Shown in pieces: positions 31,644-40,356 of a DNA stretch of 64,000 nt; within the stretch, counting starts at the first letter, position 1, and each line of letters opens with the position of its first letter. This DNA comes from an uncultured Calditrichaceae bacterium. Its GTDB lineage: Bacteria > Calditrichota > Calditrichia > Calditrichales > Calditrichaceae. The DNA lies in the NCBI GenBank assembly GCA_964542915.1, contig CAZIVP010000019.1:1666-65665 (forward strand), in the 5' to 3' direction. The notes beneath the pieces were generated by a model. It did no database searches. It worked only from the letters and a program-made list of their open reading frames with translations, and had not been told where the DNA came from. A program made the translations under genes and the position numbers.

Positions 31644-32561
31644 ATGCGATATGAAAATATCTTGCAAACCATCGGCAATACCGGTCATCTTCGCATGAAT
31701 AAGCTATTCGGAGAAGCGACCGAGGTATGGGTCAAATTAGAACGTTCGAATCCCGGCGGCAGTATCAAAGACCGCATTGCCCTTTCGATGATCGAACAAG
31801 CCGAGCAAGAAGGCCAATTGAAACCCGGCAGCGTTATTATCGAACCCACGTCAGGAAATACAGGCGTCGGGCTGGCGATGGTCGGCGCTGTTAAAGGGTA
31901 TAAGGTGATACTGGTTATGCCGGAATCCATGTCCCAAGAACGAAGGACGCTCATGGGCGCCTTCGGCGCAGAGTTTGAACTGACCCCCAGGGAAAAAGGG
32001 ATGAAGGGCGCCATTGAACGTTCCCGCGAACTGGCCGATCAGATCGTCAATTCCTGGATTCCGATGCAATTTGATAACGAAGCCAATACGAAAGTCCATC
32101 GCGAAGAAACGGCCCGTGAAATCCTAAACGATTTCCCCGAAGGCCTGGATTATCTGATTACAGGCGTGGGCACGGGTGGACATATTACCGGCGTGGCCCA
32201 GGTTCTTAAAGAAAACATGCCGGAAATTCAAGTATTTGCGGTGGAACCGGAACTTTCGGCGGTAATAAGCGGCGGAGAGCCCGGCTCCCACCCCATTCAG
32301 GGTATTGGCGCGGGATTTATTCCATCCATTCTCGATACGGATATTTTAGACGGAACCATTCAAATCTCCAAGGATGAAGCGTTTGAATATAGCAGACGCG
32401 CCGCACAGGAAGAAGGATTGCTGGTTGGTGTTTCTTCAGGAGCTACACTGGCGGCCGTTGCTAAAAAATTGCATGAACTGCCACAAAAAAGCCGGATATT
32501 GGCCTTTTGCTATGATACCGGAGAACGCTATCTCTCGGTGGATGGTTTATTCAAAGAATAA
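31644..32561 (+). CDS. cysK: Cysteine synthase A (O-acetylserine sulfhydrylase)
   Basis: PLP-lysine context [15 protein letters not shown], glycine-rich GTGGHITG loop; directly follows cysE. Confidence 0.9.
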   Translation: MRYENILQTIGNTGHLRMNKLFGEATEVWVKLERSNPGGSIKDRIALSMIEQAEQEGQLKPGSVIIEPTSGNTGVGLAMVGAVKGYKVILVMPESMSQERRTLMGAFGAEFELTPREKGMKGAIERSRELADQIVNSWIPMQFDNEANTKVHREETAREILNDFPEGLDYLITGVGTGGHITGVAQVLKENMPEIQVFAVEPELSAVISGGEPGSHPIQGIGAGFIPSILDTDILDGTIQISKDEAFEYSRRAAQEEGLLVGVSSGATLAAVAKKLHELPQKSRILAFCYDTGERYLSVDGLFKE

Positions 32562-32597
32562 ATTAGAATTAATTTTTCATACGAACCGGTATCGACT

Positions 32598-32636
32598 AAA
32601 AAAAGGGGCACGATAATGTATCGTTGCCCTTTTTCC
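32598..32636. terminator. Bidirectional terminator between convergent cysK and the DHOD-like gene
   Basis: A7-GGGGCACGATA-ATG-TATCGTTGCCC-T5 hairpin flanked by A-run and T-run. Confidence 0.55.
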
Positions 32637-32685
32637 ATTATTACGGCAAAATACTGGCCCCGTATCCCTCAATCGATCTAAGCTT

Positions 32686-33666
32686 TTACTCGACTTCCCG
32701 GATTCGCTCCATAAACTGCGAACGGAGATAAATATCGGGATTATCGACTTTCGCGTAATTTAATTTACCGCGGAAATCATCGATGGCTTCAAACTGGTGC
32801 TCATCCATCCAGGCGGAGAGCTCTTTCAGCAATATATTGATTTTTTTGAATCCATGTCGATAGAGTACGGAAGCCAACTGCACGGTAGAAGCGCCGGCTA
32901 ACAGTAATTTAATTATACTCTCCGATGTATGAATGCCGGTCGTGGCCGAATAATCAATTTTAACCCTTCCGGAAAGCAGGGCGATCCATCGCAATACATG
33001 TTTTATGTTATCCTGTTCCGAAAATGGGAAGGTCGACTTGATCTGAAGTTTATGGATATCGATATCGGGCTCAACAAAGCGGTTAAACATCACCAACGCC
33101 TTAAGACCTTTACGGGCAAGCTGGGCCGCTAAATTGGGCAGGGCCGTGAAATGCATCGACAGTTTCATGGCCAGCGGCAAATCCACGACTTTTTGTACCG
33201 AATCCAGAATATTAAAGTACAGTTTATCGACAGCGACGCTGTCCAATTGGGCGTTACTCACCATCGGGAATACATTGAGTTCGAGTCCGTCAGCGCCTGC
33301 TTTGGCAATCTGGGAAGCAAACTTGGGCCACCAGCGATCCGAGACGCAATTGATACTGGCAATTACGGGAATGTCAACGCGCTTTTTCGCTTCATTGATC
33401 AGGTCGCAGTATTCCTGAGGTCCGTATTGTTTATGCACTTCGGCCATCATATAATCGTAAGCCTCTGTATGGGCAAACATATCGGAACCGGCGCGTGCAT
33501 CGTCTTCACCCAGAATTTCTTCAAACAGACTTTTAACCACAACCGCACCGGCGCCGGCTTCGGCGCAGGCCTCGATCTTACCAACGGATTTGGTCAATCC
33601 GCTACTGGCCACAATCAACGGGTTCTTTAATTTTAATCCCATATACGTTGTTTCAAAGTTAGGCAT
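32686..33666 (-). CDS. Dihydroorotate-dehydrogenase-like FMN-dependent TIM-barrel oxidoreductase
   Basis: N-terminus MGLKLKNPLIVASSGLTK and G-rich FMN phosphate-binding segments typical of class-1 DHOD/PreA family; no adjacent PyrK. Confidence 0.55.
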   Translation of the reverse strand: MPNFETTYMGLKLKNPLIVASSGLTKSVGKIEACAEAGAGAVVVKSLFEEILGEDDARAGSDMFAHTEAYDYMMAEVHKQYGPQEYCDLINEAKKRVDIPVIASINCVSDRWWPKFASQIAKAGADGLELNVFPMVSNAQLDSVAVDKLYFNILDSVQKVVDLPLAMKLSMHFTALPNLAAQLARKGLKALVMFNRFVEPDIDIHKLQIKSTFPFSEQDNIKHVLRWIALLSGRVKIDYSATTGIHTSESIIKLLLAGASTVQLASVLYRHGFKKINILLKELSAWMDEHQFEAIDDFRGKLNYAKVDNPDIYLRSQFMERIREVE

Positions 33667-33797
33667 ACCGTTCTCCTCGGTTACACTGATTTACTTATTA
33701 TGTTAAAATTATAAATATCAAAGCAAAAAAAATAAAAAGCAAATATGAAACAAACTGTCATTTATCAGTATTAAAGTTGATCAAGCTCTACATTCCT

Positions 33798-34640
33798 TTA
33801 CCATGGTTCGGTTTGCCAGATTGGAATGTAACCGACATCGGCAACGATGCGCTGCCCCCTGTCGCCGATGACCCAATCTATGAATTCTTTTAGTGTGCCG
33901 CGCGGATTATTAACGGTGTAGAGGTACAGATAGCGCGTTAATGGATAGCGATCATTTTGTACATTTTCAAGATTGGGAGCGACTTTATCTATGGTGCAGT
34001 GTTTGACGGTATCGCCGTATGAGATACCTCCGTAACCTATGGCATTGCGGTTTGCTTCCACAAATTCCACTACAGCGCTTGTCGTGGGTCGTACGATCGC
34101 ATCTCCCCGGTATTCGGAATTCGACAATACATGGCGTTTAAAATAAAGGTGTGTACCGGAATTTGGCGGCCGTATGACAACTTGAATTGTCGTATCCTTA
34201 CCGGAAATCGATTTCCAACTATTTATGGCGCCGCTGAATATGGCTCTCAATTGCTGTTGACTTAGATTTGAAACGGGGTTGGCCTTATTTACATATACAC
34301 TCAGGGCGTCTTTAGCTACCAGATACGATAACCCGATCGCCTTAAACCGTTTTGCCAAACGGCTTGCCTCTTTGGATTGAATCACCCTTGAAGCCATGGC
34401 CACATCGATTTTCTCATCAGCGAGTTGTTTAAAGCCTTCGGCCGTTCCCCCGGCTTCCACGTAAATGGATACATTGGGATGGCTGCGCATGTAGGCCTCT
34501 GCCCAGCGTTTACCAAGAAGATACATGGTATCGGAGCCGGCGATTCGGATGGTGGATGTATGACTCGGCTGCCAATTCATTTTGGTACAAGCGAACAATA
34601 AAAGTAATGGCAGTAATCGTGTAAGCATGGATTTGTTCAC
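33798..34640 (-). CDS. Phosphate-binding protein, PstS/PhoT family (short form), lipoprotein
   Basis: Lipobox LFAC; RIAGSDTMY...WAEAY and SGTH segments of the PstS periplasmic binding fold; no pstCAB nearby. Confidence 0.6.
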   Translation of the reverse strand: MNKSMLTRLLPLLLLFACTKMNWQPSHTSTIRIAGSDTMYLLGKRWAEAYMRSHPNVSIYVEAGGTAEGFKQLADEKIDVAMASRVIQSKEASRLAKRFKAIGLSYLVAKDALSVYVNKANPVSNLSQQQLRAIFSGAINSWKSISGKDTTIQVVIRPPNSGTHLYFKRHVLSNSEYRGDAIVRPTTSAVVEFVEANRNAIGYGGISYGDTVKHCTIDKVAPNLENVQNDRYPLTRYLYLYTVNNPRGTLKEFIDWVIGDRGQRIVADVGYIPIWQTEPW

Positions 34641-36310
34641 CGTCTCTCCGCCTTGCTTTGTAACCGTATATTGATGAAAGGTGTGCCTTCTTTCCAGCGA
34701 ATATCGCCGTCATGAATCGCAACCGCATATATATAATCGCATAAAAATTTTATATGTTGCCGGGCCGCCTTAAAATTTATACTCTGCTTCAAATCGTCGA
34801 ACGGTGAATGATAAACGCTATCAATCCAGGCTTTCCACAATCGTATGCCCTGTTGTTCGCTCAGGTGTCGGTAATCCAATCCGTCCATAATTAAAATGGA
34901 AGGTACTCCGGAACGGGCAAATACAATCTGATCGGATCGTGCAAACGACTCGAAGCCGGAAAATGGCGCCGGCACCGGCGAAGCATACAATCCGTTACGA
35001 ATGGCCACAGAATCCAATATATTTCCCAAATCGGATAAATCCTTACCCACACCCACCACGTTGTTGAACGTATCGAACATGGCCAGACCGTCGATATTGA
35101 TATTGGCAGAGATGGCATGGTGCTTTACAGGGGCATGATCCATAAAAAAGCGTGAGCCAAGCAGGCCTTTTTCCTCGCCGGTAACAAACAGGAAAATCAA
35201 GGAGCGTTTAAGCCTGAAGCGATGTTGGCTGAATATCCGGGCGATCTCCAGGGCGGCGCTGACGCCAATGGCATTGTCCATGGCGCCGTTATAAATAGAA
35301 TCGCCCTTTACGGCCGGTCCAACGCCCAGATGGTCATAATGCGCCGAAATGACAACATAACGGTCTCCCTTCGTACCCTGATCGGCCTCACGCAAAGCAA
35401 TGACATTGGCGCTCATAAAATCCCGCTCCGCGAATGCGCCTTCGAAGGACAGAGAAGTGTTCAGTTCAAAGCTTTCCAGAGCATGGCCGGACTTCAGCGC
35501 CCTCACTTCCTTCCAGCCGTATTTTGCATTTTTGAATAATACCGGCGCTCTCTCCGGGTTCAACAATAGGCTCAAATGGCCTGTGACGCGATAGGCAAGC
35601 GTGACATCTTCGAATGAAAACATACGTTTTTTGATTTGCCAATTACCTGCTGTAAATTCCGCCGGCGCCATGATAATAACCGTACCGATCGCCCCGTTCG
35701 CGATCGCCATACGTTGTTTGGCCTCTGCATAACTGTAGACGGTTGGTTCATCTGCAGAAAAGTAGTCCGGATCATCGGATTCCGGCTCGCCTTCAAACAT
35801 CACGGCAATTTTTCCGCGCACATCAACGGAGTTGTAATCGTTATAATCAAATTCCGGCGCCTGGATGCCATAACCGACGAATACCAATGGAACAGGTCGT
35901 GGACGAAATGTTTGAGCTCCGGATTTATATAACAAATAATCTTCGAATAATTTCAATGACACCGTATCGTTTAAACTATAGACAAAACACTCGGAAGTTG
36001 TAAGAGGACGGCTACCGTGCATGGGAATGGAGTGCAAATAACTATCCGTATTGACGAGGGATTCAAGATTGTATCGGCGTAGTTGTTCAGCTATGTAACG
36101 CGCAGCCTTGCGCTCGCCTTTAGAGCCGGTCGCTCGGCCCTTCAGAGAATCGCCCGCAAGCACCTCTAAATGATGTTTGATCCCTTCCATATCAACATAC
36201 GCAGAAGGCGGTTTTCCGGTAACGTTTTTCTGGGCATTCAGCGCATGTGGAATGGCTGAAATAAATACGAGAAAGATAATGAATGCTGTTTTTAAGCGAC
36301 AATGAACCAT
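34637..36310 (-). CDS. M28-family metallopeptidase with PA domain, secreted
   Basis: Signal peptide; M28 zinc-ligand contexts (VVISAHYDHLG, ...GEEKGLLGS...); 4-nt overlap with downstream PstS-like gene. Confidence 0.75.
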   Translation of the reverse strand: MVHCRLKTAFIIFLVFISAIPHALNAQKNVTGKPPSAYVDMEGIKHHLEVLAGDSLKGRATGSKGERKAARYIAEQLRRYNLESLVNTDSYLHSIPMHGSRPLTTSECFVYSLNDTVSLKLFEDYLLYKSGAQTFRPRPVPLVFVGYGIQAPEFDYNDYNSVDVRGKIAVMFEGEPESDDPDYFSADEPTVYSYAEAKQRMAIANGAIGTVIIMAPAEFTAGNWQIKKRMFSFEDVTLAYRVTGHLSLLLNPERAPVLFKNAKYGWKEVRALKSGHALESFELNTSLSFEGAFAERDFMSANVIALREADQGTKGDRYVVISAHYDHLGVGPAVKGDSIYNGAMDNAIGVSAALEIARIFSQHRFRLKRSLIFLFVTGEEKGLLGSRFFMDHAPVKHHAISANINIDGLAMFDTFNNVVGVGKDLSDLGNILDSVAIRNGLYASPVPAPFSGFESFARSDQIVFARSGVPSILIMDGLDYRHLSEQQGIRLWKAWIDSVYHSPFDDLKQSINFKAARQHIKFLCDYIYAVAIHDGDIRWKEGTPFINIRLQSKAERR

Positions 36311-36317
36311 ACGTTTT

Positions 36318-38078
36318 TCAAGTTTGATAAATTCGTAGAATTTCTTTTAAAGCACGCTCGATGCGTTCGGCCAATATTTTATTCCCGGTTTGCCATTTTA
36401 GTCCCGGCATGATGGTTATTGTAATGTGTTCCTCGAATATCTGATAATGCAAACCGAAGTATTTTACATAAGGAAGGCGAACGCCCGGTCTCCCGATGAC
36501 CGGCACATTCTCAGAAATTTCCGGGTGTGAAATTATGACTTCACGAGGCGGACGACTCATCAAATTTAATTTGCGCAGCAAAAATAACATCGGCGCCACC
36601 GTCATCATCAGCCATTTACGATGCCATGTGGAACGAGTTTGCCAAAATAACGCCATGATCTCGGTGAGCGGTAGTGCGCTACGACGTTCGCGCACCGCTT
36701 CAACCTGGGAGTCAATCGCTTTCTTTAAAAGCTCCCTCGTAACCTCAGCATCGACGTTCGTCTGTTTCATATACTCGCAAAAGTCGATCATTTGGCGTGT
36801 TGTGATATTCCCGGTAATCACATCCATACAACAATACTTTGACATTGTCACAAACTGTTGAATTTTCGGGTGTTTTTCAATCAATTCGTAAGCAGCCATT
36901 TGAAGAGCGGCGACAAAGGCCGGAATCGGTTTTAAGCCCAAACACCTTAATAATCGACCGCCGATAAAATCGAACGTAAATGTGGCTTTCTGTTCAGATA
37001 AAAACGGTTTCAAAATTTGTACGGCGCCTTGCTGCATCTCTTTCGGTATCTTCCAATGCAACCGTTCGTACGGTTGGGGCCTCCGGTCGTCCAACATTTC
37101 AGCTGATTGCACTCCAACTTTAAGCGACCGTTGATAAATTTCTGAGGAACCGCGCATCATCACGTTGCCGGTAAGATAGGCGCTGAAACTACAGGTAAAA
37201 CAGACGCGGGCGTTATTGAATACGATCATTTGAAAACTGGACCGGAACCATCGATTCTCATAATGGTGTGAATGTCCCACACGAACCGCTTCGGCTTCAT
37301 CCTCCGGCGCTTCTTCCGGCTCCAGGGCCAGTGTAAAAAAACTGTGTTTGAGAAGCTCTAAATTGTGCTGATGGTCTTTTCCGCTTTTCAGCCGTTCAAA
37401 AGCCTTTATCTGAAACGGGTTCGGCGTCGCCGCAATGATACCGGGCGTTGTATCCCCGTATTCCGCACGGCGATTTCGCCCATCCGCAACGATGGCCTCC
37501 AGCGTCTGTGTCAGCCGTCCGCCTTCTTTATTCTCAACCGTGAGAACGTACATTTGACCGTGAACAAGGACCGTTATATATCGAGTTTCCGGGCTCTTAA
37601 AGATACGTGCACGGCCGTTCACTATAATCTGACTGGTCGCGAAAAAGTTCGCGTACTGGCCCATTTCCAAGGGCTGATCTCTATAGGTATCCTGTGCTAA
37701 TAATCCTTCCCGAATGGCGTTATGGAGGTCGTACGCTGCAAGAATTAAGACGGCGGCGCGTTGACACATCGAAAGGGAACGCTCGTCGTCTTTTACCGCC
37801 AAACTGGCTGCAATAACGGGATTAAACAAGGCGCTGCCCCTGGTATCCACCGTACGCAATAAGCGATCGATTTCATTTGGCAACTGTTCGGCGAACGCTC
37901 TGAATCCAGAAATATGTATCAGTAACTTAACGAGTGCATTGGCTACAGGATGATTCTTTAAACCGTATTCACGATGGAATACTTCAATCTCTCTCAGATC
38001 CGGTAAAGGAACACTGGGTAATTGGGTCTGATTGGGAAGGACTTCGTACAGTTCTTTTCTGGAAAGAAGATTTTCCAT
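36318..38078 (-). CDS. Choline/carnitine O-acyltransferase-family protein
   Basis: N-terminal LPNQTQLPSVPLPDL matches the conserved LP-x-LPVPPL start of carnitine/choline acyltransferases; mid-protein GHS.. near the catalytic-His position; C-terminal IISHPEIS....GRPGV...GLHYQIFEEHITITI resembles the STSQ...GGFGPV...DGYG..Y...I.F.ISS block. Confidence 0.5.
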   Translation of the reverse strand: MENLLSRKELYEVLPNQTQLPSVPLPDLREIEVFHREYGLKNHPVANALVKLLIHISGFRAFAEQLPNEIDRLLRTVDTRGSALFNPVIAASLAVKDDERSLSMCQRAAVLILAAYDLHNAIREGLLAQDTYRDQPLEMGQYANFFATSQIIVNGRARIFKSPETRYITVLVHGQMYVLTVENKEGGRLTQTLEAIVADGRNRRAEYGDTTPGIIAATPNPFQIKAFERLKSGKDHQHNLELLKHSFFTLALEPEEAPEDEAEAVRVGHSHHYENRWFRSSFQMIVFNNARVCFTCSFSAYLTGNVMMRGSSEIYQRSLKVGVQSAEMLDDRRPQPYERLHWKIPKEMQQGAVQILKPFLSEQKATFTFDFIGGRLLRCLGLKPIPAFVAALQMAAYELIEKHPKIQQFVTMSKYCCMDVITGNITTRQMIDFCEYMKQTNVDAEVTRELLKKAIDSQVEAVRERRSALPLTEIMALFWQTRSTWHRKWLMMTVAPMLFLLRKLNLMSRPPREVIISHPEISENVPVIGRPGVRLPYVKYFGLHYQIFEEHITITIMPGLKWQTGNKILAERIERALKEILRIYQT

Positions 38079-38397
38079 GATATTTCCTTCGAAATACCCG
38101 TAAGATTTAAAATCTCGTTAAAATGCAAAATCGGTGCAAATGATTCATGACGCAACGGTTCCTTTCTATTCTTATACAACGATCCGATGCTTCTGTGCCG
38201 GTTCATCCCCAACAGATCGAGTTACATCGGCGCTAACTTTCGCTGCTGTTCTTTAATTTGTAAAATAAAAATTTGGCTAGAATTTTTTACGCTAAACGAT
38301 TCGAGAATCATGCATTAGTAAGTTGCGGTTTAAATACAACCCAAACGTAAATATATTGATTGAGAAACGAATATGTCGTTTACAGCAAGAGAAACCT

Positions 38398-40239
38398 CTA
38401 ACGCCAGCGCCAAACGGCCGGGCGTTTGGGCCGCCTCAAAGATTCTTCCTGCCGGGGCAATACCTCCGGCTTGTCGTGCCGCCCGTGGGAGGCATCCTTA
38501 ACAAAGGCCCGATCTTTAATCGGTTCAATCCGAAAGGATTTCTCAGCAGCGCGGACGATTTCCGTACGCAGTCCCTCCGAGGCAATAATATCAGTATATT
38601 TGCGACGCCCTTCGATCAGATCTTTGACATAGGCGTCGATTTGTTCCTGGTCGTAAAAGCGATGCGGATCGTATTGGTCCAGTGGTTTACCTTCGGTTGC
38701 GATAATCGATTGCGTGCCCAGGAGCCCCGGCTCGTAACGATTCGCGTCGCGCAAATCGCCGCGTTGAATGGCGGCCATGGTATTGATGGGCACACGGCTG
38801 GTCTTCCGCACCCGTTTTTTTATTTTACGGCCGTCCTTCTCCGTCGTCTCCAGAATTTCACCCATTCCGCCGGTATTGTACATCACAAACTGAACCTTAC
38901 CGGGATATTTATCCACCAGGGTCATTACAATATCATGGAATCGATTCACTTTCCTTCCGCGGGCACCTACGATAAATGGATCGGTGCCGACAATTCGCAC
39001 GGACTCACCTGCCTTTTCAGGATTGGAGGCGTAACTGTGGGTGGATTCTCCCCAAAGGTAGGCCAAAACGCCCTGCTCAGGCGTCAGTTTTTGTGCGAAC
39101 GGCATAATGGTGTTGCGTCGTGTAATGAATGCGAACACAAGTCCGTCCATTTCATCCAGGGGCGGCAAATTAACGCCTGGTGCGCTAATATCGATCCATT
39201 TGTTATTTCTGCGTACCTTGAGTTGATCGCGAAACACAACCGCACGGCCGTTTCCGCAGAGACTTTCATCCAAAAAATCCACTGATCCGTCGGCGCGGTA
39301 CATTACATTCTCGAGCAGCGCTGATTTATGTACCAATGCGTGGTACATGGCTTCCTGCTGATCCTCTTCCACATCGGTTTTAACGTAGAAATTGTTCTCG
39401 GACCCAAGCGCCGAACCGTCATCCTTCAGGAAGACAATATCATCCTGGCACACTTCGGTTTTCTCGCCGCGATCATGGTTCAAACCGAGTTGATGGCAGG
39501 ACCAGGTGGATTTACCGGTCGCCGTCATTCCAAATAGAAAAACGCCGTAACGTTTTAAACGAGCTTCCTTCGGATCGCGGATGGTGACGATCTTGGAACC
39601 GGAATGCAGGCCCAGCATGCCCGCTTCATCGGCCAGCCACATGGCCTGCCGCAAAAATCCTTTTTTATCCTCGCCGATATAATCCGACCCCAGTGCAATA
39701 TTCAGATTATATTCGGGAAGCGCCAGAATCTGCGCCCGCATCATGTGTTCTTCCGGTATATGGATCATGGTGATTTCCGGACCGGGCCGGTTGGAAGGAT
39801 TAAACATCGTACTGGCCCACATATAAGCGTTGCGTACATTTTTAGGATCGGCCACGGATACATATAAATTGCAAATGGGATTGAACGTATCGTTGTCGCC
39901 CATCTGGCGTTTGATATGAACAAACGGCAGGTTTTTTACCAGATGCAAAACCTTTTGCAGCTCTTCATTGGCGTTTTCGATCACAGTTATCTGGCTGTCC
40001 AGCGGCCGGGGCAGTCGCACACGCTCGCTGCCCAGGTAAACCGTTTTTTGAGCCATACGGCTGGAAAATTTGGAAGACCAGACGTAAGAACCATGCCGGC
40101 TTTTATTGGCAAATTGCCGGGCGGCCTTTTTTAAATAGCCCATATCCACGGTTCGTACATTTTTGCCGTTGAGCAACGGCATCAGTTCCTGGTAAAATTT
40201 TTTGTAATAAGCTTCGTCGTAAAGATTCGGTGGTATCAT
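38398..40239 (-). CDS. pckA: Phosphoenolpyruvate carboxykinase (ATP)
   Basis: Walker-A/kinase-1a FGMTATGKSTWS (cf. GLSGTGKTTLS), ALLENV..DGSVDF, KLTPEQ and VMYNTGGMG blocks align with ATP-PEPCK; 613 aa (N-terminally extended). Confidence 0.7.
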   Translation of the reverse strand: MIPPNLYDEAYYKKFYQELMPLLNGKNVRTVDMGYLKKAARQFANKSRHGSYVWSSKFSSRMAQKTVYLGSERVRLPRPLDSQITVIENANEELQKVLHLVKNLPFVHIKRQMGDNDTFNPICNLYVSVADPKNVRNAYMWASTMFNPSNRPGPEITMIHIPEEHMMRAQILALPEYNLNIALGSDYIGEDKKGFLRQAMWLADEAGMLGLHSGSKIVTIRDPKEARLKRYGVFLFGMTATGKSTWSCHQLGLNHDRGEKTEVCQDDIVFLKDDGSALGSENNFYVKTDVEEDQQEAMYHALVHKSALLENVMYRADGSVDFLDESLCGNGRAVVFRDQLKVRRNNKWIDISAPGVNLPPLDEMDGLVFAFITRRNTIMPFAQKLTPEQGVLAYLWGESTHSYASNPEKAGESVRIVGTDPFIVGARGRKVNRFHDIVMTLVDKYPGKVQFVMYNTGGMGEILETTEKDGRKIKKRVRKTSRVPINTMAAIQRGDLRDANRYEPGLLGTQSIIATEGKPLDQYDPHRFYDQEQIDAYVKDLIEGRRKYTDIIASEGLRTEIVRAAEKSFRIEPIKDRAFVKDASHGRHDKPEVLPRQEESLRRPKRPAVWRWR

Positions 40240-40356
40240 ATTACCGCAAACCGTTCATTTTTTCTTCAGATTTTAATGGATTGTTTTGCTACCGTGAAAC
40301 AGCCTCAACACGGCGTCTTTTTTGATCCAACAGCGTAATGCCATCGGCGTCGATGC

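Noticed and set aside
38323-39285. 320-aa ORF on + strand
   Set aside because: Lies entirely antisense within the well-supported pckA gene. No domain or SD. This is a typical shadow ORF.
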